DNA of 64,000 nt, from positions 33,613 to 97,612 of the forward strand of contig CAZLXA010000001.1 of assembly GCA_964563715.1 (NCBI GenBank), written 5' to 3'. The DNA comes from an uncultured Candidatus Saccharibacteria bacterium (GTDB lineage Bacteria; Patescibacteriota; Minisyncoccia; Phycocordibacterales; UBA9973). The notes beneath the pieces are model-generated. The model had not been told where the DNA came from. It ran no database searches and saw only the letters and a list, made by a program, of their open reading frames with translations. Position numbers and translations under genes: made by a program. Shown here piece after piece: positions 46,640 to 56,210 of the stretch (its first letter is position 1; every line of letters begins with the position of its first letter).

Positions 46640-47334
46640 TAAAACTCCTCTCGATAAGGGTCAATTTTTGGTTTACTATGATCTGTGACAGAGTGTCCGC
46701 TTGAAGTTGAAGCTTTCATTTTATCTTCAAAAACATTTTTGGGAATGTATTTTAATTCCTCATCTTGTTTAATAGGAGCTAGCTCTTGTTTTGGTATCTC
46801 ATTCGTAATTCCTAATTCTTCATTCCTAATTATCTTTCCTTGTTCCTCATTCTTAATTCTTAATTCGTCATTCGTAATTGTCCTCGCGTATGGTGGCAAT
46901 GGCACTTCGTCATCCTTGATGATGAATTCTTTATTGTTTGTTGTAGGTGATTCATTGTCTGTAGCTGGAATACCAATTTCTGTATTACTGCTGTTTAAAA
47001 ATTCAACATTTAATTCAAAAGTATTAACAAGATCATCTTTAATATCTTTTAAAATAGTAACATCTAGATCATCTAATATTTTATTAAATGTTTCTTCATT
47101 AAGTTTTAAATCTTTTTTAAGGGTTAAAACATAATCTTCTAGATGGATAATACTAAGTAGGACTAGTGTTGTTTCTGTTGCTAGGGTTTCGGTTTGCTCT
47201 TCATTAAGAGAATATTTAGTAGAAATATTTTTTAATATATCAATCCATTGCATAGAGTAAAAAACAACCTGAGCTTCTTTAGGTAGCCTCTGAAAATATT
47301 TTGATATATTTTGTTTTAATAATTCTTTCTCCAT
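46639..47334 (-). CDS. Hypothetical protein whose C-terminal coding sequence is built from degenerate copies of the intergenic TTCGTAATT repeat
   Basis: 231 aa. Nucleotides 46800-46880 (CATTCGTAATTCCTAATTCTTCATTCCTAATT...TTAATTCGTCATTCGTAATT) encode ITNDELRIKNEEQGKIIRNEELGITNE. Confidence 0.45.
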   Translation of the reverse strand: MEKELLKQNISKYFQRLPKEAQVVFYSMQWIDILKNISTKYSLNEEQTETLATETTLVLLSIIHLEDYVLTLKKDLKLNEETFNKILDDLDVTILKDIKDDLVNTFELNVEFLNSSNTEIGIPATDNESPTTNNKEFIIKDDEVPLPPYARTITNDELRIKNEEQGKIIRNEELGITNEIPKQELAPIKQDEELKYIPKNVFEDKMKASTSSGHSVTDHSKPKIDPYREEF

Positions 47335-47353
47335 TTATTTTTTTACTTTATTT

Positions 47354-50300
47354 TTAATGATGAACACCATCGTTCCCGTGTCCTACTTTTTTTGTATCTC
47401 CACCACTATGCGATTCTGGGAGTTCAATTTTCATATCTTTTACTGCATCCTTAAATGTACTTTTTAGATCTGTTAAGAAATCACCTTCTATTTTTACAGT
47501 ACCGTGACTCAATCCTGAGCTTTTAAGTATTCCACCTCGCACACCAGTGGCAACTGCTGCAATTAAACCAACTGGTATTTTTGTAAATACACTCGCTCTT
47601 TTGTCTACAGAAGCTTCTGAAAGTTTTCTTAGATCCCATGTTCCTGTATTTGCTTTTGAAAATACTCGAGTAAAAGCATTAATACCAGCTGAAGCTTTAT
47701 TGATTTCATCATCAAATTTATCAATTGCTTTTGATTTAGCAAGATCTTTTACTTCTTTCTTTTGTTCCAAGCTTAAATCTTTAAGTTTACCTGTATTTGA
47801 GTCTACTACATTTAGTTTTGGATCAACTGCAAGGTTTCTAGGATCATTTCTATAGGCTCTCTCCGCATCATCTAAGTGTTTTGAGTAGTTTTCTTTTCCA
47901 ACATTATCCTGAACAATTTTTTGTTGTTCCCCCGAAAGCTCACTCCACTTAAAGCCCTTAAATCCAGCTTTTTCAATATCTGCATCTGTGTGAGCTCTAC
48001 TTCTGTCTACTTCATTTGTTTTATTTTGTGCAACATTTAGTTTGGAACCCAGTGCAGTAAATGGATTAAGTGTGGTAGATTTTATACCTGCCCCAGCTGC
48101 ATAATTTTTCCAGTCAGGTTTAGCCCCAGATCTTTGGTTTGGAGGAGTTGAATTCCATTTTTCTAAATCTTTGTTAAATTGAATTTTTGTATTACTACGT
48201 TTTGTTGCCCCGTCTGTTTTGGATAGTGCAGATAACCCTCCACCTATTACTTTTCTTCCAATCAATGCTCCACCTAATGCTGCACCCCCAAGGGCTATAC
48301 CACCAGCTGCGGCGAGTCCATTTGTAATTGATTGGCCCATTTTTCCAGACATATCTTTTGCTATATCTTTGGCTTTCATTAAGAGAACCATGATAAATAT
48401 AAATGGAACGATAACAGAAATAACAAAAGTCATACCATCATTAACATCATTTGCTTTTACCAAACTTAATCCTTTTTCTAGGAAAGCAATAATTAAATAC
48501 ATAAAGAATATAAATATTGGAGCCAAAAATGCCAGTTTGAGGGTTTCTGGCCACCATTTTTTCCAACCAACCATTTCCATGTCTTGTAAAGATGGAACCG
48601 TGTAACTAAAAAAGACAAAAGGCGAGAAGATCATAGCAAACCATAAACCTATAACTCTAGTAACAAATATCAATCCCACAGATAAAAATACGATTATTCC
48701 AACAATATTTACAGCTGTTGCAAGTAAAGTAATTAGGATAAATGCACCAACGCCTAAGCTCCCTTGTGTATCTTCTGCTGTACTTGTTTGATTTGTGACT
48801 TTATCTTTTATTACAACTGCTTTTGTCCCATTAATAATAAGATTTTGAGGATTTACTTTATTAACAATAGCAGCCGAAAGGGGGATCTCTCCATTTGGTC
48901 CAATTTTTAGGCCGGCTGTCCCAGCGGTACTATTCTGGGTAATTTTTATTGAATCTGAGTTATAAAAAACACGGGCTAAGATATTTGAAGCATCAATAAT
49001 TACTTGGGTGGTAAATAAACTAAAATTAATAAGGAGCCCAATGATAATTACATTGATAATCATTTCTTTAGTTTTAACACTATGAAGATTTAAAATAGTT
49101 CCGAAGGCAATATAAAGTAGTATGAAAATAAAGAACATATTACAAAAATCTCGAACAATACCCCAGCCTTCTACCACGAAAGGAGTCCGATATGATTCAT
49201 CTTGCACAGAGTAATGAAAAGTAAAATCAAGAAAAGTTCCAGCCAGGGCAAATACATAGGATGTTGGAACAAAAAAGACATAATAAAACATTTGAGCCAT
49301 ACAACCAGCAAAAGAGCCATCGATTGGATGAGCAAAAACACACAAAGGAAGTTGGTCAGAACCAGTTGGTGTCCCTGCAGTAGTTTGCATTGTCGTTTTT
49401 GAAAGACAATCACTTACTACTATTCCAGAACCACTTGATTCTTCGTTTTGAGCCCTTGCATCTCTAACATTTTTACACGAGTCTTCGGTTGGAAAATTTG
49501 CAGAATGTTCTACTGAACCATTTGTGTTTGTTAGATCAAAATAATAAACCGTTGTTGTTGAAGAAGAACCCGCGGTTTGATCTGTTCCAGTTGCTGTTCC
49601 TAGGCTCCATGATGTTTCATCACAATCTCCTCCTAACCCTTTACACTTAAAAATAAAATGATCTGATTCATCTGTTTTATTAGAGGTGTAGTGAGTAATT
49701 ATTTGTCCAGTTGAACTTGTTCTGATATAGAAATCAACAATGATATCACAATCTCCTCCAGAACAAGATGTTTCACCAGTAGTTAAAGCAAAAGATAAAT
49801 TATCTGAATTTATTGTGCTACGAGGAATTGATAAAACTGTTGTATTGGTTGTTCCACTGGCTTGGATATTTAGTTCAGAAAGTAATTGCCCTTGACATCC
49901 AGTGGTGTTTATATATAGAGTTGCATTGTCTGGTCTTATTGGTTTGGTTGATGTGGGGGGGGTGAATAAAACATTTGTTATTTTACAGTCAGTCTGAGCT
50001 GGAAGTTCAGTTCCGGTAGTACTTTTTAAAAGCCATGGGTCTGTACACCCAGTAGTCTTACATTCATAAGCCAAAGATTCATCAGATTGAGATGTGGTTA
50101 AAATACTAGTGCCTGCGTCATTTAAAATTTCAAGTTTAATTCTTATTTGATTACAATCACCACGCTCACAGGTTTTTTCACCAGTATGAAAAGTAAATGA
50201 AAAATTATCTTCTGCTATTCTTTGGACTGGAAGCTCTGGAGAACCAAAAGCTACAGATGGCCCAGGAAAAGCTAAGATATTAACTCTAGCTAACTTTCCA

Positions 50301-50515
50301 ACACAACCAGTTGTTCCGACACTGTAGATAACTTCTTCTGGTTTTGGGGTATTGGTTGAATCTGGAAGAGGCTTAGGGCTAGTAAAAGATTCAGTTAAAA
50401 TTACACAATTCGCTGCTTCAGCTTTTTCAATTTTCGAACCATCATTAACACTAAAAGGCGCAAACAGTTGCACAATGATTGTCAGTATTAATATGTATGG
50501 CAAAAATTTTTTCAT
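47354..50515 (-). CDS. Large polytopic membrane protein, VirB6/TrbL-like core with a duplicated Cys-rich N-terminal ectodomain and Gly-rich C-terminal region
   Basis: Signal peptide; two ~150-aa Cys-containing repeats (TGC.G.L...N...; GD CD); at least 6 TM helices between residues ~400 and 700; GLAAAGGIALGGAALGGALIG. Confidence 0.5.
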   Translation of the reverse strand: MKKFLPYILILTIIVQLFAPFSVNDGSKIEKAEAANCVILTESFTSPKPLPDSTNTPKPEEVIYSVGTTGCVGKLARVNILAFPGPSVAFGSPELPVQRIAEDNFSFTFHTGEKTCERGDCNQIRIKLEILNDAGTSILTTSQSDESLAYECKTTGCTDPWLLKSTTGTELPAQTDCKITNVLFTPPTSTKPIRPDNATLYINTTGCQGQLLSELNIQASGTTNTTVLSIPRSTINSDNLSFALTTGETSCSGGDCDIIVDFYIRTSSTGQIITHYTSNKTDESDHFIFKCKGLGGDCDETSWSLGTATGTDQTAGSSSTTTVYYFDLTNTNGSVEHSANFPTEDSCKNVRDARAQNEESSGSGIVVSDCLSKTTMQTTAGTPTGSDQLPLCVFAHPIDGSFAGCMAQMFYYVFFVPTSYVFALAGTFLDFTFHYSVQDESYRTPFVVEGWGIVRDFCNMFFIFILLYIAFGTILNLHSVKTKEMIINVIIIGLLINFSLFTTQVIIDASNILARVFYNSDSIKITQNSTAGTAGLKIGPNGEIPLSAAIVNKVNPQNLIINGTKAVVIKDKVTNQTSTAEDTQGSLGVGAFILITLLATAVNIVGIIVFLSVGLIFVTRVIGLWFAMIFSPFVFFSYTVPSLQDMEMVGWKKWWPETLKLAFLAPIFIFFMYLIIAFLEKGLSLVKANDVNDGMTFVISVIVPFIFIMVLLMKAKDIAKDMSGKMGQSITNGLAAAGGIALGGAALGGALIGRKVIGGGLSALSKTDGATKRSNTKIQFNKDLEKWNSTPPNQRSGAKPDWKNYAAGAGIKSTTLNPFTALGSKLNVAQNKTNEVDRSRAHTDADIEKAGFKGFKWSELSGEQQKIVQDNVGKENYSKHLDDAERAYRNDPRNLAVDPKLNVVDSNTGKLKDLSLEQKKEVKDLAKSKAIDKFDDEINKASAGINAFTRVFSKANTGTWDLRKLSEASVDKRASVFTKIPVGLIAAVATGVRGGILKSSGLSHGTVKIEGDFLTDLKSTFKDAVKDMKIELPESHSGGDTKKVGHGNDGVHH

Positions 50516-50539
50516 CCTAATTTATTTTTCTCTCCACCC

Positions 50540-50573
50540 AATTCGTAATTTGTAATTATTAATTCGTAATTAC
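50540..50573. repeat. AATTCGTAATT-type repeat ~30 nt upstream of the VirB6-like gene start
   Basis: AATTCGTAATTTGTAATTATTAATTCGTAATTAC. Confidence 0.6.
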
Positions 50574-50579
50574 TCTCAC

Positions 50580-52907
50580 TTACCACAACTCCAATACCCT
50601 CTCTACTCCATCTAAGTATACTCCCTCTTTCCATTTACAACCTGCCCTTAGGGCAGCTTTAACCTTATCACTTCCTGCTCCACCAGAGGAGTAACCATAA
50701 AGATTACTGTTAATGGCAGCACACTTAAATGGTCTATCATTTAAAGAGTCACAGTCATCTCCTTCTTTTCCCCACACTGTTACCCCTTCTGGTCTTGCAG
50801 TAAAAGCATCTGTTACGAGTTTTCCACCGTATAAATACCCGGAAATATACTTACAGCCTTCACCCCCCCAATGATCTTCACCATTTATTGTCACTGTTCC
50901 AACCCCTCCTTCTAGAAGATTGTAATTTAAATATGGATTTTCGTTTCCAAAAGGAACGGAGCCAACTACTGCGGGTCTATACCATGGATTTCCATTTTGA
51001 ACCCAACCTCCATCCCCTCCTTTTGCTTTTACCTCTGCAACTTCTTTGTAGCAAGTATTAATTAATCCATCGGTTTGTGCAATAAAATTTTTATATTGGT
51101 CGATTTCACTATAGACAGTAATGATGTCTTCTTCCGTTTTAAGAGTGGAAGATATCAAATAAAACTTACGAAGAAGTTCAGCGAGTTTTGCTTTTTCTGT
51201 GTCTGTGAAAACAAGAGGGTTTTGTTCAATTAATAAACATTTATTTTCTGGTATCTCAATTTCTATTGGTGGCTCGGGAATCGTAGTATCATCATCTGGA
51301 ATAATAATTTCATCATCGCCAGGCGGAGGAAGTGAACCAGAAACAGTTAGGGTTGTCCAGCCACTACAATTATTTTCTTCATTTGATTCTTCGACTGTCC
51401 CGACATCAGAAATAGATTTTTTATCTGCACAAGCTCTAATTTTATAAACACCGGCTGAAGAGAAAGTATATGAGACAGATGTAACATTACTTTTCTGAGC
51501 AGTTAGAGTTGGAACAACAGCAGTTATTTCAACCCCGTTTGTGGTATTAATATCTCCAGTTAAAGCGACAGCTTTTTTGATTAAAGATATTTTATTAAGA
51601 ATTTTAACAAATATGTTTTTAATATTTAATTTTGAAACAGTTGTATTATCGCCATCTTCAACATCAATATTACTATCTTTAATAATTTGGAAAAAACTGA
51701 CGAAATTAAATCCAGTTGAACCATCCCCAATGTTTGTAATAATTGTTGTTAAGTTTACTGGGACATTTATTGACGCTGTTGTTGGTGTGACACTACTTGC
51801 AGTTAAATCAGGAGTTCCATCTTCTTCATTTCCACCCGCACCCAGTTTTTCCGAATAATGTTCTGGGTCATAGGAAAGAGGATTCGTCGCATCACCATCG
51901 GTATGACACTCTGGGTCAGAAGTATCTATTAAACCGTCATTATCATTATCAAGAGTGTCACTACATTGGCGAGTGTTGCCTCCCTCGCCTGGGAATACTG
52001 CTTCAGAATAGTGGTTTGGAACATAATCTTTATTTAAATCTCCATCAATGTGACATCCTGAATCTGAAGCATCTATCAATCCATCATTATCATTATCTAG
52101 TGTATCTTCACATTGTCTTTTATAATCTCCTCCCCCAGGAAATGTTGTTTCTGAATAATGTTCAGGGTCGTATGAGTCTGGATTGGTAGGGTCACCATCA
52201 GTATGACACTCTGGGTCAGAAGTATCTGTTAAACCATCATTATCATTATCAAGAGTGTCACTACATTGTCTTTTATAATCTCCTCCTCCCCCAGGAAATG
52301 TTGTTTCTGAATAATGTTCAGGGTCGTATGAGTCTGGATTGGTAGGGTCACCATCAGTATGACACTCTGGGTCAGAGGTATCTATTAAACCGTCATTATC
52401 ATTATCAAGAGTGTCACTACATTGGCGAGTGAAATCACCATTTCCACCATTTCCACCTCCATTATTACCATTCGTACCAAAGACACCGCCTATTAAATTA
52501 AAGAAAGAATTCCAAAAAGTATTTGCTCCATTATTATTTGTAATTATTTCTCCTAGTTCTCCGCCTCCCATATCATTTCCAGCAAAGCCAAAAATTTCAT
52601 CCCCTTGTTTTGACTTAACGACGATTGGATTATTGTCGGCATTTGTTCCAAACCTTGTAACATTGTCGCCTTTTTCTAAGTCTTCCCCTGCTTGAGCAAG
52701 TGTTCGGACAGAGTTTTCATCAATTTTACTAATATTTTTTTCATTTTCTGAAGTAATTAATGGGGCAAAAATTCTAGCAATACTATTTGAAGTTTTTACT
52801 CCAAACATGTCGCGATTTTTGAATAATAAATAACTAACAACCACTAGGAAAATAATAACAATGATTGTTATGATGAGGGCTTTACTTTTTCGCGGTTTAT
52901 TTTCCAT
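50580..52907 (-). CDS. Membrane-anchored secreted protein with four tandem ~48-aa thrombospondin-type-3-like Ca-binding repeats (DTLDNDNDGLIDTSDPECHTDGDPTNPDSYDPEHYSE)
   Basis: N-terminal TM; repeats are near-identical at the DNA level (51880-52440); C-terminal Cys-containing globular domain. Confidence 0.55.
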   Translation of the reverse strand: MENKPRKSKALIITIIVIIFLVVVSYLLFKNRDMFGVKTSNSIARIFAPLITSENEKNISKIDENSVRTLAQAGEDLEKGDNVTRFGTNADNNPIVVKSKQGDEIFGFAGNDMGGGELGEIITNNNGANTFWNSFFNLIGGVFGTNGNNGGGNGGNGDFTRQCSDTLDNDNDGLIDTSDPECHTDGDPTNPDSYDPEHYSETTFPGGGGDYKRQCSDTLDNDNDGLTDTSDPECHTDGDPTNPDSYDPEHYSETTFPGGGDYKRQCEDTLDNDNDGLIDASDSGCHIDGDLNKDYVPNHYSEAVFPGEGGNTRQCSDTLDNDNDGLIDTSDPECHTDGDATNPLSYDPEHYSEKLGAGGNEEDGTPDLTASSVTPTTASINVPVNLTTIITNIGDGSTGFNFVSFFQIIKDSNIDVEDGDNTTVSKLNIKNIFVKILNKISLIKKAVALTGDINTTNGVEITAVVPTLTAQKSNVTSVSYTFSSAGVYKIRACADKKSISDVGTVEESNEENNCSGWTTLTVSGSLPPPGDDEIIIPDDDTTIPEPPIEIEIPENKCLLIEQNPLVFTDTEKAKLAELLRKFYLISSTLKTEEDIITVYSEIDQYKNFIAQTDGLINTCYKEVAEVKAKGGDGGWVQNGNPWYRPAVVGSVPFGNENPYLNYNLLEGGVGTVTINGEDHWGGEGCKYISGYLYGGKLVTDAFTARPEGVTVWGKEGDDCDSLNDRPFKCAAINSNLYGYSSGGAGSDKVKAALRAGCKWKEGVYLDGVERVLELW

Positions 52908-52919
52908 GATAATTTTTTA

Positions 52920-55900
52920 TTAATTAGTTATTGTTTTTTCGAGCACCCAAGTACAGTCGTAGATTAGATATGGATCAGGGGATGGATCTGTTCCATTATT
53001 TGGTTGGTAATGTGAATATTGAGAACAGGCTGTTTTTCTTTGTGATTCTGTTGCTCCGGCTAGTTTAGCTGTATTGTCTTGCTCTTTACAACTTTTAATC
53101 GAAGAGCCGTATATAACTTTTGATGTTTGGTAATTAGGATTTGATTCACAGTGAGCCTCGATAATGGTTGTCTTCTGACAATCAGGATCTTTGCGGTCGA
53201 TTAAGCCATCTAAATCATCATCAAGATTATTATTACATCTCTCACCAACTGAGTCATTCATTATATCTGATTCATCATAATATAGAATATCTTCTTCTTC
53301 TAAACACTCCGCATATTCTGTTTTATATTCGGCCTCGGTCATAATATCTTTTTCACAAGCAATTCGTTTGGCTAAACAGTATTCCCCTAAATCATCTTGA
53401 TTTACTTCAGATGAGACATTGATTCTATTCATACAATCATCACTTTCTGCCAAACATTTTCTTTTTGTTTCTTCTTCTAATATTTTAACTAAATTTGCAT
53501 CACGACGGTCCTGTGCCGTTTTGATAATGATACTAACTTGTTTTTTAATTGCTTCTAATTTACCAATATTGGCTTTAGCTTGTGAAATATCACTACGATA
53601 TTGATTCATAACCGCTGTAATATCTTCATCGTATGCTACGATATCTCTTGTTAAGCTTAAACCTTCTTCTGCCATCGGAATATATGATGAATTTAGAGTT
53701 CTAGTTGTTGAGTCTTCTGTTTCATTATATTCTCTAGTCATATTAGAAAAATATGTAGTATTCATCATTTTATCAAATACTTCATAGAAATTATTAAACA
53801 TGTAATTATTAACCATGTATAAATAATTATCAACCCAAGTTTGAATTTTACCCTCCTCGTTATTATTATGAATTTCATTTCCAGTATTTAAACCTAGGGG
53901 CCAACCATAATAAAGATGTGGTTTATTTTTGTCATCTTCTTGGCCTTTTGCCAGCCAGCTCCAAACCTTTGGATTGTCTTTAAATATATTTTTCCAGGCC
54001 TCATATTCTTTATCTCCAGGTCTGGAAATTGTGAATTTAGTACTATCTCTTTCTAAAAACCCACCCTGGTTGTATGTTCCCACCATTGTTCCAACCCAAT
54101 CAGTATATAGACTTTCGTTATCTCCAACATTTGATTTGTAATTTGGATTTGGTCCTGGAATACAGTAATCAAGTTCTCCGAGTTTTGGCATGACATTGGG
54201 TAAAAATTGTAATGATTCTGTGGCCGCGACAATATAATCTTTTTGGACTTGAATTACTCCTCTTTTCTTTATAGGATTTGCTTGGTCTTTTTTCCAGTTT
54301 TGCCATTCACTGCCATTCCAAAAAGCTCGATCACCCAAAGCCCAGCCATTGTAACCATTTAATATTATTTTTGTTTTACCTGGATTTGCGACAGTGTAAT
54401 AAACATTTGAAGTTTGATTTACATTATTATCTAAATCTGACCCATTGTTTTGGCTGCTATAATTTACAGGAGCCAAATCAGGATATAAACTTTGATTTGT
54501 ATTTGTTAAATTGATATTTTCATTAGCATTCCAAGTTCCTAATTTTACAGGATTATCATATATATATGTATTACCAAGATCTCGAGTTAAATCAAAACCA
54601 CTTGAATATGCTCCATTATTATTATAAACACTTGATCCACCAAGACTGCCGTTTGTTGAATTGGTCCAATCCATGTTTTGTTCGTCATATATGTATTGTT
54701 CTGAAGACAAACCAGAAAGACCATTACTTTGAAGCTTTGAAAGTAAAATTGAAAAAACAGCGTTTAGGGACTCATTTATTGTGTCAGCTAATTCAAGCTG
54801 GCGCACCGGAGAGGTGATGTAAGCACTCATTTGATCTTTAATTAAACTTCCAGGAGTAACGATTTCCTTATCAACACAAACATCAAAACCCGAATCTGTT
54901 TTGTTTTTCTGATAAACATTATATTGTAAAACAGTAATTGCGTCTTGGCCTGGCATTTCTCCTAAATCTGGATCAATATATGGTTCACTATATATCTGTA
55001 CAACACCAGGTAGTTTCCCCATTCTATCTGGTGTACCTGCGGCTAATTCACTATATGGTACATCATTTGTTTTAGCAACACCGTTTTTATCAAATATTTG
55101 ATACATTGTACATCTTTTTTGACTCAAAAAACCATTATTTTGCAAAACCTCGGCTTTGGTGTTGGTTGTTTGACTGTTAATATCGTCAGCTAAATATTGA
55201 CTTGCTCTCATTGTAAAACCAAGAGGGTTATTTTGGTCTCTTTGTGTGAAGGCCAACCAGCCATCCCAACCCCCGGTTGAAAAATCATTTGAAAATGCAA
55301 TGTTTGCATCTTGGGCTCTCTGCATAGTGGTTCTTTCATCGTTGACGGTGTAATATGAATTTGGGTCTGTTATAAAAAATGATAAATCAGAAGTTAAATT
55401 ATTCAAGGCATTCGTTCCACTATTAAAAAGTCCTCCAGAGCGGTAGCCCCTGATGACTGATTGAGAGAAGGCTGTTCCATATGGATATGCACTATTTTGA
55501 TTGGTTAATTGATCGATGCCCGTTTCAAGGACATTTCTTTCTATACCGGTAGTTAGTGAGGTAATATTTTGGACATAGAGTGGATTACCACTAAAACCGG
55601 TATTAATCCAGCTTACAGCACTGCGTGTAAGGGCGGTCAGTTGATTTTTAGCAAGTGTTGTTGCTATGCCATTAAAACACCCTTCTAAATTATCTTTTGC
55701 TTGAGTTGCAGCCATTTCTTGAGTTTTGAGCCTTAGAGCTTCCCCGTCTTTGGTTTCTGTGATTTCCTTACAGTCAATCCCTTTATCTACACCAGTAGTT
55801 CCATCGTTGATTTCTGGGGTCACACCAGCAGCGGTAATAATAATTTTTTCACCCGCTACACACTGTTTTTTAGCCTGGTCTAGTATTACTTGTAATGCTT

Positions 55901-56177
55901 TGTTGGTTATTTTCTTTTTCCCAATTCTGTCCATCAAAACTGAAACTCTATTAACAACCCCTGTACAACCAACAACTTGCATCGCAACATCGGAATTAAC
56001 TACATCAGTAATTTTAAATTTGTATTTATCGTAAGTTTTACCACTTTTATTTGGTTTTTCCCAATCAATTTGGCTAGCGGCATTGACCGTTGTTGGTAAA
56101 ATAATTTGTAGAAAAGAAAAAACAAAGGTAAAAATTATAACCCCGCTAATTATTTTTGTTATAATTTGTTTTTTCAT
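52920..56177 (-). CDS. Very large secreted protein (1085 aa), hypothetical; one TSP3-like DDDLDGLIDRKDPDC motif near the C-terminus
   Basis: Signal peptide MKKQIITKIISGVIIFTFVFSFLQIILPTTVNA; Asn/Ser/Thr/Gly/Tyr-rich. Confidence 0.5.
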   Translation of the reverse strand: MKKQIITKIISGVIIFTFVFSFLQIILPTTVNAASQIDWEKPNKSGKTYDKYKFKITDVVNSDVAMQVVGCTGVVNRVSVLMDRIGKKKITNKALQVILDQAKKQCVAGEKIIITAAGVTPEINDGTTGVDKGIDCKEITETKDGEALRLKTQEMAATQAKDNLEGCFNGIATTLAKNQLTALTRSAVSWINTGFSGNPLYVQNITSLTTGIERNVLETGIDQLTNQNSAYPYGTAFSQSVIRGYRSGGLFNSGTNALNNLTSDLSFFITDPNSYYTVNDERTTMQRAQDANIAFSNDFSTGGWDGWLAFTQRDQNNPLGFTMRASQYLADDINSQTTNTKAEVLQNNGFLSQKRCTMYQIFDKNGVAKTNDVPYSELAAGTPDRMGKLPGVVQIYSEPYIDPDLGEMPGQDAITVLQYNVYQKNKTDSGFDVCVDKEIVTPGSLIKDQMSAYITSPVRQLELADTINESLNAVFSILLSKLQSNGLSGLSSEQYIYDEQNMDWTNSTNGSLGGSSVYNNNGAYSSGFDLTRDLGNTYIYDNPVKLGTWNANENINLTNTNQSLYPDLAPVNYSSQNNGSDLDNNVNQTSNVYYTVANPGKTKIILNGYNGWALGDRAFWNGSEWQNWKKDQANPIKKRGVIQVQKDYIVAATESLQFLPNVMPKLGELDYCIPGPNPNYKSNVGDNESLYTDWVGTMVGTYNQGGFLERDSTKFTISRPGDKEYEAWKNIFKDNPKVWSWLAKGQEDDKNKPHLYYGWPLGLNTGNEIHNNNEEGKIQTWVDNYLYMVNNYMFNNFYEVFDKMMNTTYFSNMTREYNETEDSTTRTLNSSYIPMAEEGLSLTRDIVAYDEDITAVMNQYRSDISQAKANIGKLEAIKKQVSIIIKTAQDRRDANLVKILEEETKRKCLAESDDCMNRINVSSEVNQDDLGEYCLAKRIACEKDIMTEAEYKTEYAECLEEEDILYYDESDIMNDSVGERCNNNLDDDLDGLIDRKDPDCQKTTIIEAHCESNPNYQTSKVIYGSSIKSCKEQDNTAKLAGATESQRKTACSQYSHYQPNNGTDPSPDPYLIYDCTWVLEKTITN

Positions 56178-56210
56178 AATTTAGCTATTTTAATTATATC
56201 ACTTTTATGT

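Noticed and set aside
38853-50573. Clusters of AATTCGTAATT repeats considered as a possible CRISPR array
   Set aside because: Units are 11-nt direct or inverted copies without regularly spaced unique spacers. They are scattered at gene boundaries rather than forming one array, and no cas genes are present.
47547-52695. Multiple 60-130-aa plus-strand ORFs inside the large minus-strand genes (47547, 48219, 49202, 51199, 51541, 51797, 52411)
   Set aside because: All are antisense shadow ORFs within long, well-supported minus-strand coding regions; they have Pro/Ser/Leu-rich low-complexity translations.
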